From: an uncultured Planctomycetia bacterium
GTDB lineage: Bacteria > Omnitrophota > Gorgyraeia > VGKH01 > JBHPFN01
Length of the DNA: 64,000 bases
Direction of reading: 5' to 3'
NCBI GenBank assembly: GCA_964406665.1
Contig: CAYOSQ010000004.1
Span: 49,512-113,511 of the forward strand
Shown: positions 45,754-57,111 of the stretch, in pieces
Layout: each line of letters opens with the position of its first letter
Position numbering within the stretch: the stretch's first letter is position 1
The notes under the pieces: model-generated
Seen by the model: the letters and a program-made list of their open reading frames with translations, nothing else
What the model was told of the DNA's origin: nothing
Database searches by the model: none
Translations under genes and position numbers: made by a program

Positions 45754-48167
45754 ACAAATACCAGCTGATCCTTCTTTGACTTAACTTTAATCTTTGATCC
45801 ATCTTTATGTTTACCGGAGATTATTTCCTGCGCCAAAGGATCTTCTACAAATCTTTGAATTGTTCTTTTAAGAGGTCGGGCCCCGAAACTTGCATCAAAA
45901 CCTCTTTCTACCAAGAAATCTTTAGCATCTTGTGATAATTCCAAAGCAATGTTTTGCTCCATAAGCCTATCTTTAACTTCATTCATTTCTATATCAATAA
46001 TTTTGTACAAATCATCTTTATTCAAAGATCTAAATACAACAATATCATCAATACGGTTTAAAAACTCGGGCTTAAATGTTTTCTTTACTTCTTCCATGAG
46101 CCTTTCTTTCATATTCTGATAATCTATTTCTTCACCCTGGGCCTTAAAACCTAAAGAACCCTGCTTGCGCAGAAGATCTGCACCAACATTCGAAGTCATG
46201 ATAATTATAGTATTTCTAAAATCGACCTTCCTCCCAAAACTATCAGTCAAACGACCATCTTCAAAAACCTGAAGCAATAAATTAAATACATCGGGGTGCG
46301 CCTTTTCTATTTCGTCTAACAAAATTACAGAATAAGGTCTGCGACGGACACGCTCTGTTAGCTGGCCACCTTCTTCATAACCAACATATCCCGGAGGAGC
46401 ACCGATTAATCTTGACACATTGAACTTCTCCATATACTCTGACATATCCAGCTGTATAAGCGCTTCTTCGTTACCAAACATAAATTCAGCTAATGCTCTT
46501 GCAAGTAAAGACTTTCCTACTCCGGTTGGACCTAAGAATATAAAAGAACCTATGGGCCTTTTAGGATCTTTAATTCCTGCACGAGAACGTCGGACTGCAT
46601 GAGCTATAACATTAATCGCCTCTTCCTGCCCAACAACACGCTTATGAATATCATCTTCTATTTTTAACAATTTCTCGCTTTCTTTTCGCTCTAATCTAGC
46701 GAGAGGAATTTTTGTCCATTGCGAGATTATCTCGGCAATATTTTCTTCGCTAATTTTAGGCCAAAGCTTATCTCTTTTTTCAACCCATTCGTTCTTAGTT
46801 GTTTCCAATTCCGACCTTGCTTCCCTCTCTTGATCGCGAAGCTTTGCTGCCTTCTCAAAATCCTGACTTTTAATAAAAGCTTCTTTCTCTAATTTAAACT
46901 GTTGAACTTTCTGCTCTAACTCTTTTATATTCTCAGGCACAGTCATCTCTGCAAGCCGAGCACGTGAACCTGTTTCATCAATAATATCTATTGCTTTATC
47001 AGGCAAGAATCTACCGGTGATGTATCTATCAGAAAATTTGGCCGCGGCCTCTAATGCCTCATCGGTAAATTTTACCTTATGGTGCTGCTCGTATTTATCT
47101 CTTAAACCTTTTAAAATCTGCAAGGTCTCTTCAACAGTCGGAGGATCAACCATGATTGTCTGAAATCTTCTCTCTAAGGCAGCGTCTTTTTCAATATGTT
47201 TTCTATATTCATCTATAGTCGTTGCACCAATACACTGAATCTCACCTCTGGACAATGCAGGTTTCAAGATATTAGATGCATCTATAGCACCTTCTGCAGC
47301 TCCTGCACCCACTAAAGTATGTAGCTCATCGATAAAAATAATAACATCTTCAGAGCGCCTAATCTCATCCATTACTGCTTTAATCCTCTCTTCAAACTGA
47401 CCTCTGTATTTTGTTCCTGCGATCATTAGAGCCAAATCGAGAATTACTATTCGTTTATTTCTTAAAATTTCAGGTACATCTCCTGCTACAATTTCTTGAG
47501 CGAGCCCTTCAACAATTGCTGTCTTTCCTACTCCAGCTTCACCCAATAAAACAGGGTTATTTTTTGTCCTGCGGCTTAATATCTGGATTACACGCTCAAT
47601 TTCATTCTTTCTACCTATTACTGGATCTAATTTATTCTCTTTTGCCAGTACATTTAAATCCCTTCCGAATGCATCAAGCGCAGGAGTTTTTGTCTTTGCA
47701 GTCTGAGCTTGCGCTCCAAAACCAGGTGTGGCAGAACCCAACAAGCTCATAACTTCGTTTCTAACTTTAGTCAAATCCAGACCCATATTTAATAATACCT
47801 GGGAAGCAATACTTTCAGCTTCTTTTACTAAGCCCAACAAAAGATGTTCTGTCCCAATATAATTATGTCCTAGGGAACGAGCCTCTTCAGCAGCAAGCTC
47901 TAAAGCTTTCTTGGCTCTGGGGGTAAAAGGAATATCCCCTAATACCTGTGTTGTAGGACCAGGCTGAACTAATTTTTCAATCTCAATTCTTATATTCTCT
48001 AAACTCACTCCCAGCTTTAACAAAACAGCCGCAGCGACACCTTCACCTTCTCTGATTAAACCCAATAAGATATGTTCTGTTCCGATATAATCATGGTTAA
48101 ATCTGCGCGCTTCTTCTTTAGCTAACAATATAACTTTTCGTGCACGTTCAGTAAATCTATTAAACAT
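45750..48167 (-). CDS. clpC: ATP-dependent Clp protease ATPase ClpC
   Basis: [10 protein letters not shown] Clp-N repeats, two AAA modules ([16 protein letters not shown]), UVR middle domain. Confidence 0.96.
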   Translation of the reverse strand: MFNRFTERARKVILLAKEEARRFNHDYIGTEHILLGLIREGEGVAAAVLLKLGVSLENIRIEIEKLVQPGPTTQVLGDIPFTPRAKKALELAAEEARSLGHNYIGTEHLLLGLVKEAESIASQVLLNMGLDLTKVRNEVMSLLGSATPGFGAQAQTAKTKTPALDAFGRDLNVLAKENKLDPVIGRKNEIERVIQILSRRTKNNPVLLGEAGVGKTAIVEGLAQEIVAGDVPEILRNKRIVILDLALMIAGTKYRGQFEERIKAVMDEIRRSEDVIIFIDELHTLVGAGAAEGAIDASNILKPALSRGEIQCIGATTIDEYRKHIEKDAALERRFQTIMVDPPTVEETLQILKGLRDKYEQHHKVKFTDEALEAAAKFSDRYITGRFLPDKAIDIIDETGSRARLAEMTVPENIKELEQKVQQFKLEKEAFIKSQDFEKAAKLRDQEREARSELETTKNEWVEKRDKLWPKISEENIAEIISQWTKIPLARLERKESEKLLKIEDDIHKRVVGQEEAINVIAHAVRRSRAGIKDPKRPIGSFIFLGPTGVGKSLLARALAEFMFGNEEALIQLDMSEYMEKFNVSRLIGAPPGYVGYEEGGQLTERVRRRPYSVILLDEIEKAHPDVFNLLLQVFEDGRLTDSFGRKVDFRNTIIIMTSNVGADLLRKQGSLGFKAQGEEIDYQNMKERLMEEVKKTFKPEFLNRIDDIVVFRSLNKDDLYKIIDIEMNEVKDRLMEQNIALELSQDAKDFLVERGFDASFGARPLKRTIQRFVEDPLAQEIISGKHKDGSKIKVKSKKDQLVFV

Positions 48168-49222
48168 TACTTCTTACCTCCTAATTTCTCTCTTATTAAA
48201 CTTGCCCTTTTTATATCTCTTTCAGAAGTTGACAGTTTATGACCTTCAATTTTCTGAAGATGTGAAGGCTGAGTTATGATAAACAACTCATTAACCAAAC
48301 TTCTACTAATCCTCTTAACAATATCAAGATCAACCCCTAATCTAACCATAGAAAGAAGCTCAATAGTCTCTTGACTAGAAATTATGTGAGCATTTCTTAA
48401 AGTACCGAATGCCCGGTGAATCTTATCTTCAAGTACAGCTCTCTGCTGACTTAAAAGACTTTCTCGTGCCTGCTGCTCTTGTTCAATAATCTGTTTAATC
48501 AAACCTTTAATATTCTCGATAATTTCACTTTCCCCGTGTCCTAAAGAAACCTGATTAGAAATCTGGAAAAAATTTCCCAGGGCCTGCGTTCCTTCACCAT
48601 AAAGACCGCGAGAGGTAAAACTTAATTTGGCAATAGCAGCTAAAACCTTATTTATCTGTTTAGTCATAACCAATGCCGGAAGATGCAACATTACTGAACC
48701 CCGCATGCCAGTACCTGCATTGGTAGGACAAGCTGTCAAATATCCCCAATCAGGCAAAAAAGCAAAACGCAGTAATTTAGCGAGGTTATTATCTAAAGCA
48801 TCCATTACATTCCATGCCTCATTTAAATCGAATCCCGAGCGCATAACCTGAACACGTAAATGATCTTCTTCATTTATCATAATAGAGATAATCTCTTCTT
48901 CTGTCACAAGCAAAGCTTTATTATCTCCGGCAAGTGCGTGCTCATTGCTCATAAGATGTCTTTCGACAAGAAACTTCTTATCTACACCATCTAACTTACT
49001 TAGATCTAAAAATATAGATTTCTTAAGCAAATCAACTTTAGATAAAGCATTTTTTATCTTATTGAAGTTTTCTTCAGATCGCTTCTTATCCGCCCGGTTA
49101 GGAAATGGACTTTTTTCCAAATTACGTGCCAAACGAATCCTGCTAGACATAACAATATCTGAATGAGGACCGGTGCCTTTTAGCCATTCGCTTCTCTGAC
49201 CTAGAAAATCGTTGAGCTTCAT
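48167..49222 (-). CDS. mcsB: Protein arginine kinase McsB
   Basis: [34 protein letters not shown]. Confidence 0.95.
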   Translation of the reverse strand: MKLNDFLGQRSEWLKGTGPHSDIVMSSRIRLARNLEKSPFPNRADKKRSEENFNKIKNALSKVDLLKKSIFLDLSKLDGVDKKFLVERHLMSNEHALAGDNKALLVTEEEIISIMINEEDHLRVQVMRSGFDLNEAWNVMDALDNNLAKLLRFAFLPDWGYLTACPTNAGTGMRGSVMLHLPALVMTKQINKVLAAIAKLSFTSRGLYGEGTQALGNFFQISNQVSLGHGESEIIENIKGLIKQIIEQEQQARESLLSQQRAVLEDKIHRAFGTLRNAHIISSQETIELLSMVRLGVDLDIVKRISRSLVNELFIITQPSHLQKIEGHKLSTSERDIKRASLIREKLGGKK

Positions 49223-49225
49223 TGT

Positions 49226-49723
49226 TTATTTCTCTCCTTTGCTTTCTAGCACTCTAATTTTGTCTCTTAGCTTAGCGGCTTCTTCAAACTCTTCATTATG
49301 AATCGCAATAGACAGTTTCATTTTCAATTCCTGCAATTCAGATTTCTCCTTCACACTCTTAGAAAGCTTCTCAGGAGCTTTTCCGGTATGTTGGCTAGAG
49401 CCATGAATTTTTTTCAAAAGAGAACTTAAATATCCTTTGAAAACGCTATAACATTCGCCACAACCTAACCTACCGTTTTTCCTAAAATCATCATAGGTCA
49501 AACCACATTCAGAGCAACCTGCCTTAACCTTACCCACTCCCTCTATCTGCTTACCAATATCGGTTAAACCGGCAAGAAGATCAGCCAAGCCAAACTGTTG
49601 TTCCATTTGAACGCTTTTTTCTTTAGCGCAATGTTCACAAATATGCAGCTCTGTCATTTGATTATCTACTATTTCTGTCAGATGAACTGTAGATGGATAT
49701 TTCCCACAAATATCACAAAGCAT
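49226..49723 (-). CDS. mcsA: McsA activator (CxxC motifs plus UVR domain)
   Basis: CDIC, CEHC, CSEC, GRLGCGEC, EEFEEAAKLRD. Confidence 0.94.
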   Translation of the reverse strand: MLCDICGKYPSTVHLTEIVDNQMTELHICEHCAKEKSVQMEQQFGLADLLAGLTDIGKQIEGVGKVKAGCSECGLTYDDFRKNGRLGCGECYSVFKGYLSSLLKKIHGSSQHTGKAPEKLSKSVKEKSELQELKMKLSIAIHNEEFEEAAKLRDKIRVLESKGEK

Positions 49724-50585
49724 ATTTTACTCCTTCAGTTTTAGTAACTTTGTGAAATGCCTCTGTAAGTTTTTTAACAATAGGACCAGGCTTACCTGAA
49801 CCAATAACCCTACCGTCAACTTTAATGACAGGAATAATCTCAGCAGCAGTACCTGTTAAGAAACACTCATCAGAAATATATACCTCGTGTCGAGTGATGA
49901 CATGTTCATGTACTGATAATTTCATTTTAGAAGCAATTTCTAAAATAGTATCCCTAGTAATGCCCCTTAGCGTACCCATACACTGCGGTGGAGTGTAAAT
50001 TTGATTTTTTCTAACGATAAAAATGTTATCCCCTGTACACTCAGTAACATAACCTAAATGATCAAGCATAATTGCTTCCTGAAAACCCGCATTGATAGCC
50101 TCAATTTTAGCTAAGATATTATTCAAATAATTAAGGGTCTTCAATTGAGGATTTAATGCCTCAGGTAAATTACGAATAGTGGGTACCGAGATTATCTCCA
50201 TACCATTCTTATAGGACTGAGGATAAAGCTTAATCTTATCAGCAATTATAATAATTGTTGCATTACCTTTACATTTACGAGGATCAAGACCTAAATCTCC
50301 GGAACCACGCGTAACAACTAATCTTACATAAGCATCGGTTAATTTATTAGTTTTTAACGTATCAATGATTGCTTTAATCATCTGCTGTTTGGTCATAGGA
50401 ATTTTCAGCATAATGGTATGGGCAGTCTCATAGAGTCTATCAACGTGTTCCTTCAGCTTAAAAACAAGCTTATTATAAGAACGAATCCCCTCAAAGACTC
50501 CATCACCATAAAGAAGACCATGGTCAAAAACAGAAATTTTTGCATCTTTCTTATCAAAAAATTTACCGTTAATATAGATTTTCAT
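49713..50585 (-). CDS. ilvE: Branched-chain amino acid aminotransferase
   Basis: DHGLLYGDGVFEG, KTLNYLNN, ECTGDN, GITR, TGTAAE. Confidence 0.94.
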   Translation of the reverse strand: MKIYINGKFFDKKDAKISVFDHGLLYGDGVFEGIRSYNKLVFKLKEHVDRLYETAHTIMLKIPMTKQQMIKAIIDTLKTNKLTDAYVRLVVTRGSGDLGLDPRKCKGNATIIIIADKIKLYPQSYKNGMEIISVPTIRNLPEALNPQLKTLNYLNNILAKIEAINAGFQEAIMLDHLGYVTECTGDNIFIVRKNQIYTPPQCMGTLRGITRDTILEIASKMKLSVHEHVITRHEVYISDECFLTGTAAEIIPVIKVDGRVIGSGKPGPIVKKLTEAFHKVTKTEGVKYAL

Positions 50586-50604
50586 TTAAGCATTTCCTCC
50601 TTAA

Positions 50605-51294
50605 CTACAGTAATTTACCGTCTTGCAATCTGATCATCCTTGAAGCTTCTTTGGCCATATTCTCATCATGCGTAACGACTACTATTGTCTTATTTCTTTT
50701 TCTATTCAATTCACCCAATAAATCAAAAACATGAGAACCTAACTTAGAATCAAGATTACCCGTTGGCTCATCGCAGAATATTATCTGCGGGTCATTAATC
50801 AGTGCGCGGGCAATCGCCAAACGTTGCTGTTCTCCTCCGGACAATTCGCTAGGTCTATGACTACCCCTATCGACCAAACCTACCAAATTAAGATATTCCT
50901 GGCCTTTTTCAAAAAACAGTTTTGTCTTTTGTCTACTTGCCCCAACACACGCAGGTAAAATAAGATTCTCTAATGCGCTAAATTCCGGTAGCAAATGATA
51001 GAACTGAAAAACAAAACCTATGCTGCGATTTCTTAAGCGCGAGCGAACCTCATCAGAAATCTTATAAAGATCAGTACCGTCAAAATTGACAGAACCCTTA
51101 GTGGGCCTATCAAGTCCTCCTAAAAGATGCAATAATGTTGATTTTCCTGCACCTGAAGGACCTACAATAGACAGCAATTCTCCTTCTTTTATATCTAAGC
51201 TAACTCCTTTCAACACAGTTAGCTCTCTTGCCTTACTATTATATATCTTATAGAGGTTTTTTGCCTCTAAAATCGTATTTTTTTTATTATTCAT
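50605..51294 (-). CDS. lolD: Lipoprotein release ABC ATPase LolD
   Basis: [41 protein letters not shown]. Confidence 0.88.
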   Translation of the reverse strand: MNNKKNTILEAKNLYKIYNSKARELTVLKGVSLDIKEGELLSIVGPSGAGKSTLLHLLGGLDRPTKGSVNFDGTDLYKISDEVRSRLRNRSIGFVFQFYHLLPEFSALENLILPACVGASRQKTKLFFEKGQEYLNLVGLVDRGSHRPSELSGGEQQRLAIARALINDPQIIFCDEPTGNLDSKLGSHVFDLLGELNRKRNKTIVVVTHDENMAKEASRMIRLQDGKLL

Positions 51295-52474
51295 ATCTTA
51301 ACGCTTCTACCGGGTCTAGCGAAGCTGCTTTGTTTGCCGGATATAGAGTTGCTAGAAAACTTATAACAATTGCAGCACCAGCAATTAACCCAATGTCTTG
51401 CCAGACCAAATCAACAGGTAAATATTTTATATAATAAATATCCTGTGGAAGTGTAATAAATTGATATTTCTTAAGCAATAAGCTTAAAGCTACCCCTAAA
51501 GACAAACCCAGAGCTGTTCCGGAAATACCAATTAAAAGTCCCTGCAAAGTAAAGATTCTACGAATACTATTTTTTGTTGCACCCATAGATTTAAGAATAC
51601 CTATATCTTTTATCTTCTGAGTAACAATTACAATTAAAGTACTTACAATATTGAATGATGCAACTAGAACAATTAAAGTTAAGATAATGAACATCGCAAT
51701 TTTCTCTAATCTAAGTGCGGCAAAGAAATTCCTGTTTATCTCAATCCAGGTTCTCACACTATAAGAATAGCCTAATTCCTTAAGAATCTCCTTTTTTACC
51801 TGTGCAGCTTTATAAATATCTTTTAAGCTAACAGCCATTCCAGTTATTGTGTCTGACATTTGAAAAACTTCCTGAGCAGTATCAATATTGGTAAAAATCA
51901 AATTCATATCATAGTCATACATTCCTGAGCCAAAAATACCTATGACTTTTAACTCTACCAAAGATTCTGTTTCCGTCGAATAAACTGTCAAACTGTCATT
52001 CACATCTAGCCACAAAGAATCAGCAAGCTCCTTACCAATTAACACTTCATTATCTTTAAGATTAAGCGAACCTCTGCTAAGAAATTTCTTAAGCTTGGTT
52101 ACCCTTACCTCTTCTTCAGGATTGATGCCGCGAAGCGATAATCCTAGGATTTTGTCTTCATATCTTAAAAAAACGTGTCCGCTTATATATGGAGAAACTG
52201 CCTCAACCTGTTCTATGTTAGTTAACTTATTTTTGACTGAAGGATATTCTTTTTCTGAACGAATACCCTCAACCAAAATATGAGAATTCGTCCCTACAAT
52301 TTTATCGCGTAAATCATTATCAAACCCTGTCATTACTCCGATAACAATAATCAAAGCCATTACTCCGACGGCAACACCTAAAATAGAAATCAAACTAATA
52401 ATAGATATAAAGCTTTCTTTTCTTCTAGTAGTCAAATATCTTAATGTTACCCAAAGTTCCCAACGATTAATCAT
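51287..52474 (-). CDS. Lipoprotein release ABC permease LolC/E
   Basis: [51 protein letters not shown]. Confidence 0.92.
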   Translation of the reverse strand: MINRWELWVTLRYLTTRRKESFISIISLISILGVAVGVMALIIVIGVMTGFDNDLRDKIVGTNSHILVEGIRSEKEYPSVKNKLTNIEQVEAVSPYISGHVFLRYEDKILGLSLRGINPEEEVRVTKLKKFLSRGSLNLKDNEVLIGKELADSLWLDVNDSLTVYSTETESLVELKVIGIFGSGMYDYDMNLIFTNIDTAQEVFQMSDTITGMAVSLKDIYKAAQVKKEILKELGYSYSVRTWIEINRNFFAALRLEKIAMFIILTLIVLVASFNIVSTLIVIVTQKIKDIGILKSMGATKNSIRRIFTLQGLLIGISGTALGLSLGVALSLLLKKYQFITLPQDIYYIKYLPVDLVWQDIGLIAGAAIVISFLATLYPANKAASLDPVEALRYE

Positions 52475-53915
52475 TCTTCTCTTCCGGTTTTAATAACGGG
52501 AAAAATATAACTTCTCTAATAGACGGTTGATTAGCAAACAGCATTACCAGCCTATCAATACCAATACCTAAACCTCCGGCCGGAGGCATACCATATTCTA
52601 GGGCAGTTACAAAATCTTCATCAATATTTTTTAACTCTTCTTCATCAATTTCTGACAGTGCCTCTTGAAGTTTTTTCTTTTGCTCCTGCGGATCATTAAG
52701 CTCAGAATAAGCGTTGGCAACCTCCATTCCACCCATAAATAATTCAAAGCGCTCGGCAATTAGAGGGTTATTCTCCTTGGTCTTTGCCAGAGGACTCAGA
52801 AAACTAAAATAATCCGTGAAAAATATTGGCCTTGAAACTGCATCATCCTGCAGGAGGTCCTCAATGATTTTCATAATCTGTGAACGAGAAAGCTTTTGCT
52901 TCTCGACTAAATTAGGTTTCTTCTTTTTTATCTTACCCAACATAATCTCTGCGGTATCGTCAGGATTAATATCAAACTCTTTTTTAACTACATCAGCAAA
53001 AGAACATCTCTGCCAAGGCGCAGCTAAATCTATTTCCTTATCCTGATATTTAATTATTGAGCTGCCCAAGAGATCTTTAGCCAATTGACTAATAAGCTCC
53101 TCGGTTAATTTCATCATGTCTTCATAGTCAGTGTAAGCAGTATAAACCTCAAGCATAGTAAATTCAGGATTATGTCTAGTTGAGATACCTTCGTTTCTGA
53201 AACTGCGGTTTATCTCATAAACTTTGTCAAATCCACCGACTAAAAGTCTTTTTAAATACAACTCAGGAGCAATCCTTAAAAAAACATCCATATCAGTTGC
53301 ATTATGAAAACTCTTAAACGGCCTACCGGCTGCTCCTCCGGGAATATTCTGCAACATCGGTGTCTCAACCTCAAGGTATTCTCTACTATCAAAATATTTT
53401 CTTATAGCAGATATAATTTTTGAACGTAGCTTGAATATTTCTTTAACTTCTTTACTGGCGATAAGGTCTAAATATCTTTTTCTGTATCTAATCTCAACAG
53501 CCTTCAAACCATGCCACTTCTCAGGTAATGGCCTTAAAGCTTTGCTTAATAAAGTAATTTTTTTAACACCAACAGTTGCCTCTTCAGTCCTTGTTTTAAA
53601 CAGCTCTCCCGCTACTCCAATAAAATCTCCTATATCTAACTGCTTGAATATCTCCAGAGATTTTTCATCAATTTCTTTTTCTTTAATATAAAGCTGAATT
53701 TTAGCACTTGTATCTTCTAAATCTAAAAAAGACACTTTACCATGTGCTCGTTTTGCCATTATTCTACCAGCTAAAGAAACGCTACGGCCTTCCTGAAAAT
53801 CAGCTAAAACATCAGATATATCAGATGTTTTTTCAAACCGCTTTCCATAAGGATTTACACCGCTTTTTTTAAGCTGCTCAATTTTGTTAACTCTTTGATT
53901 TACAATCTCTTCCAT
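52467..53915 (-). CDS. lysS: Lysyl-tRNA synthetase (class II)
   Basis: RYRKRYLDL, LRIAPELYLK, FRNEG..HNPEF, YGMPPAGGLGIGIDRL. Confidence 0.97.
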   Translation of the reverse strand: MEEIVNQRVNKIEQLKKSGVNPYGKRFEKTSDISDVLADFQEGRSVSLAGRIMAKRAHGKVSFLDLEDTSAKIQLYIKEKEIDEKSLEIFKQLDIGDFIGVAGELFKTRTEEATVGVKKITLLSKALRPLPEKWHGLKAVEIRYRKRYLDLIASKEVKEIFKLRSKIISAIRKYFDSREYLEVETPMLQNIPGGAAGRPFKSFHNATDMDVFLRIAPELYLKRLLVGGFDKVYEINRSFRNEGISTRHNPEFTMLEVYTAYTDYEDMMKLTEELISQLAKDLLGSSIIKYQDKEIDLAAPWQRCSFADVVKKEFDINPDDTAEIMLGKIKKKKPNLVEKQKLSRSQIMKIIEDLLQDDAVSRPIFFTDYFSFLSPLAKTKENNPLIAERFELFMGGMEVANAYSELNDPQEQKKKLQEALSEIDEEELKNIDEDFVTALEYGMPPAGGLGIGIDRLVMLFANQPSIREVIFFPLLKPEEKND

Positions 53916-53945
53916 ATCTTTCTCCTGTTAATTTTGTATTTACTA

Positions 53946-53974
53946 ATTATAATGCAGAAACACTATACTGTCAA
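53946..53974 (-). promoter_or_regulatory. Consensus sigma70 promoter upstream of lysS
   Basis: Minus strand TTGACA-N17-TATAAT. Confidence 0.8.
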
Positions 53975-54038
53975 TCAAGATTAAAGGTCAAAATAATGAT
54001 TGATGAACTACAAAATGCGGATTTCGGGAGTGACTTTA

Positions 54039-54866
54039 CTATACAGCAATAATACAAATATTGTTTTTATCTGCCATCAAAAGGCATTTATCTTGGTCTA
54101 ACAATAGTGTCTTTTCTGCTTCAATTGCAAGACAACTTACCTTGGCTCTTATTAAGCTTTTCATTGTATTAACGCCAACTACAGGAATATCAAAACGCAT
54201 ATCTTGCTGAGGTTTACTCATCTTGACTACAGTAATATCTCCGTTTCCCAGCTTTCCGGAACGCAGTATTGCCTGATCTGTGCCCTCTAAAGCTTCAATA
54301 GCTAAAATAGCTTTTTGTTTTATGCACACTGTCTGACCAATATCCAGATACCCCATTTTTTTGGCAATATCTTTACCGAAAACAATATCTTCCCACTCTG
54401 AATCAGTTGGAGACCTTTTTGTCAAAGCACCTTTAGAAGGCATGTAATCTTTTAAATAAATAGTGGAATCAATTAGCTCAATTCCAAAACCTTTTAGCTT
54501 ATCTGCTATTGCTCCAAATATTGTATCCGCTTTTTTATCCTTGATATCTTCAAGTAAACCTTTTAAATCTTCATCTACAGCAATTTTTTTGCTAAATAGA
54601 TTTTTTGGATTAACCTGCCCGGCCATAACAACCTTAGATATTTTACCAATCTTAAGCATACCTAAAAGTTTTTTCAGCTCTCCGGGCCCAACCCAGAATA
54701 ACCTATCTACATATTTCCTTAATTCCTTAGATGTATCACCCTTAATGCCAACAGCAAATATCTTAATATTTGCCTTGCGCTTAGCAGCCTGAGCAAAAAC
54801 AATAGGAAATCTTCCGTTTCCTGCAATTAAACCTAAAACATCTGAGCTTAAATTTATCTTCGACAT
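54039..54866 (-). CDS. lpxI: UDP-2,3-diacylglucosamine pyrophosphatase LpxI
   Basis: GLIAGNGRFP, DIGQTV, AIEALEGTD, KPQQDMRFDIPVVG; follows lpxA. Confidence 0.93.
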   Translation of the reverse strand: MSKINLSSDVLGLIAGNGRFPIVFAQAAKRKANIKIFAVGIKGDTSKELRKYVDRLFWVGPGELKKLLGMLKIGKISKVVMAGQVNPKNLFSKKIAVDEDLKGLLEDIKDKKADTIFGAIADKLKGFGIELIDSTIYLKDYMPSKGALTKRSPTDSEWEDIVFGKDIAKKMGYLDIGQTVCIKQKAILAIEALEGTDQAILRSGKLGNGDITVVKMSKPQQDMRFDIPVVGVNTMKSLIRAKVSCLAIEAEKTLLLDQDKCLLMADKNNICIIAV

Positions 54867-55627
54867 ATGCCTCGTCGGGAGGATTTAACGAACTCTGTAA
54901 GATATGAAATCTCTTCACCTTTTGGGATTTCTTTTTCTACTTTCTCCAACGCATGAGAAATAGACAATCCAGAATTAAACAAAATCTTGAATGTTTCTTT
55001 TAAATTGTGGATGGTTTCTCGTGGAACCTTTGCTCTTTTTAAACCAACCAAGTTTAAACCATAAACTTTTGTAGGATGTCCATCACAAGTAGAAAAAGGA
55101 GGTATATCTTGAACCACTTTAGAACATCCTCCGATAATAGAAAGTTTTCCCACTCTACAAAACTGATGCACAGCTACAATCCCACCGATTACTGAATAAT
55201 CTTCTATGGTAACATATCCGGCCAATGTTCCCACATTAGCAATAATACAATTGTTTCCAATAATACAATCATGGGCAACATGAGAATACGCCATTAACAG
55301 ATTATTATTACCAATAACTGTTTTTCCGCCTTCTTCAGTTCCAGGATTAACAGTTACATATTCTCTGAAAATACTACCATCCCCAATTTCAATAAAGCTC
55401 TTTTCACCCTTGTATTTCAAATCCTGAGGAGGACTGCCGATAACCGCTCCCGTAAACAAGCGGCAATTCTTGCCTATAGAAGTATAGCCCTCAACAGCAC
55501 AGCCTTGACCAATTTCTGTACCCGAGCCAATAGTAACATTCTCTCCGATAACGGAAAAAGGCCCTACTTTTACACCTTCTGCCAACTTTGCTTTAGGATG
55601 AATTATTGATGTATTGTGGATTTCCAT
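54854..55627 (-). CDS. lpxA: UDP-N-acetylglucosamine O-acyltransferase LpxA
   Basis: Hexapeptide repeats, PQDLKY, SHVAHDC, HQFCRVG, GLNLVGLKR. Confidence 0.96.
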   Translation of the reverse strand: MEIHNTSIIHPKAKLAEGVKVGPFSVIGENVTIGSGTEIGQGCAVEGYTSIGKNCRLFTGAVIGSPPQDLKYKGEKSFIEIGDGSIFREYVTVNPGTEEGGKTVIGNNNLLMAYSHVAHDCIIGNNCIIANVGTLAGYVTIEDYSVIGGIVAVHQFCRVGKLSIIGGCSKVVQDIPPFSTCDGHPTKVYGLNLVGLKRAKVPRETIHNLKETFKILFNSGLSISHALEKVEKEIPKGEEISYLTEFVKSSRRGICRR

Positions 55628-55675
55628 TATTTTAACATTTTATCAGATACGCAACAGGTGTCAATAATTTTGAAG

Positions 55676-56581
55676 CTACATAATAGAGAGCATCTTATCT
55701 ATCGCCTGCTTTGCTCTCATTCGAATATCGTCAGGAACTTTCACTTCTTCTTCAAACTCTTCCAGAGACCATAATACCTTCTCTACCGTAGTCATTTTCA
55801 TGTTAGGACAAGTTGCCAACTCAGTAGCAGGAAAAAATTTTTTATCCGGATTGTCTTTCTGTAATCTATAAATAAGTCCTGTTTCTGTACCAATAATAAA
55901 CTCACTATCAACAGCCGTCTTAACATGTTTGCACATCTTTCCGGTAGAAAGAGCTTCATCGGCTAAATCAATAACCTCAGGAGTACATTCAGGATGCACA
56001 ATGACTTTTGCCTTTGGGTGAGACCTTACCTGCTTTACTATATCTTCAGGTAAAATCTTCACATGTGTTGGACAATGACCATCCCAAGAAATAAGTCTTC
56101 TGCCTGTTCTTTTTGAAACAAAATCTGCCAGATATTTATCCGGTATAAAAATAATTTCTTCTGAATCCTTAAGATAATTAACTACTTCAACAGCGTTTGT
56201 TGACGTACAACAAATATCTAATTCTGCTTTTACCTCCGCAGATGTATTAACATAACCAACCACAGCTGCATTAGGATGACGACTCTTAAGCTCGCGCAGA
56301 TCCTCGGCAGTAATCATATTTGCCATAGGACAACCAGCTTTTATCTCGGGCATCAAAATTGTTTTGTCAGGACAAAGTATAGAAGCAGTCTCTGCCATAA
56401 AATGCACACCACAGAAAACAACTACTTTTGCATCTGAAGAAGCCGCTATCCTGCTTAATTCCAGAGAATCCCCCGAATAATCAGCAATATCCTGAACTTC
56501 AGGAAGCTGATAGTTGTGTGCCAAAATAATGGCATTTTTCTGTTTTTTTAGTTCTTGAATTTTCTCAATTAGCTTATCCAT
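55676..56581 (-). CDS. nadA: Quinolinate synthase
   Basis: LAHNYQ, FCGVHFMAETA, AGCPMA, YVNTSA, VHPEC, CPNMK. Confidence 0.96.
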   Translation of the reverse strand: MDKLIEKIQELKKQKNAIILAHNYQLPEVQDIADYSGDSLELSRIAASSDAKVVVFCGVHFMAETASILCPDKTILMPEIKAGCPMANMITAEDLRELKSRHPNAAVVGYVNTSAEVKAELDICCTSTNAVEVVNYLKDSEEIIFIPDKYLADFVSKRTGRRLISWDGHCPTHVKILPEDIVKQVRSHPKAKVIVHPECTPEVIDLADEALSTGKMCKHVKTAVDSEFIIGTETGLIYRLQKDNPDKKFFPATELATCPNMKMTTVEKVLWSLEEFEEEVKVPDDIRMRAKQAIDKMLSIM

Positions 56582-56672
56582 ATTACTGTCTATTTTACTG
56601 AAGTTTTAAGCGCTGTCAAAAGCTATTTAAAATTTATATGGGGATAAAATTTATGAAAAACGCACAGAGATA

Positions 56673-57107
56673 TTATTCCTGGGTTTCCGACTGAGGCTCT
56701 TGCTTAGACTTTTTTGCTGTTTCTTGATAAACATATTCAATAAACCTGGTCTCATCGGACTGCTTTATAGTAAAAAGCTTAACCCCCGTTTCATATCCCT
56801 GCTTTCCATCGGGCAAGCTTACTGGGATAGACCACATAACTTCACCCCTTAAATGTAAAACTTCAGGCTGATCAGGAACAACAATCTCCAACTTAAGCAT
56901 GTTTCCCGGATCAAGAGCCTTATCTGTAAGAAAACAAACTCCTTCAACGCTTAAATTCTTTGTTATTGCAGAAACATTCTCTGAAGGAGTCTGCCCCTGA
57001 TACTTTTGCTGAGCTTGAAACTTTACTTCAGTCTTTACATTAAAACGAACATATCTTCTTTTTTCACTTGATGGTTTCTGTTCCATAAAACAACCTCCAA
57101 ATATCAA
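56673..57107 (-). CDS. PilZ-domain protein (probable start MEQKP)
   Basis: EKRRYVR (RxxxR) and NLSVEG (D/NxSxxG) c-di-GMP motifs. Confidence 0.88.
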   Translation of the reverse strand: MIFGGCFMEQKPSSEKRRYVRFNVKTEVKFQAQQKYQGQTPSENVSAITKNLSVEGVCFLTDKALDPGNMLKLEIVVPDQPEVLHLRGEVMWSIPVSLPDGKQGYETGVKLFTIKQSDETRFIEYVYQETAKKSKQEPQSETQE

Positions 57108-57111
57108 AAAA

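Noticed and set aside
53990-54025. Similarity to 5043-5087 (atgattgatga...tgcgga) downstream of lpxI and gspE
   Set aside because: Short, AT-rich and differently spaced; indistinguishable from chance without more copies.
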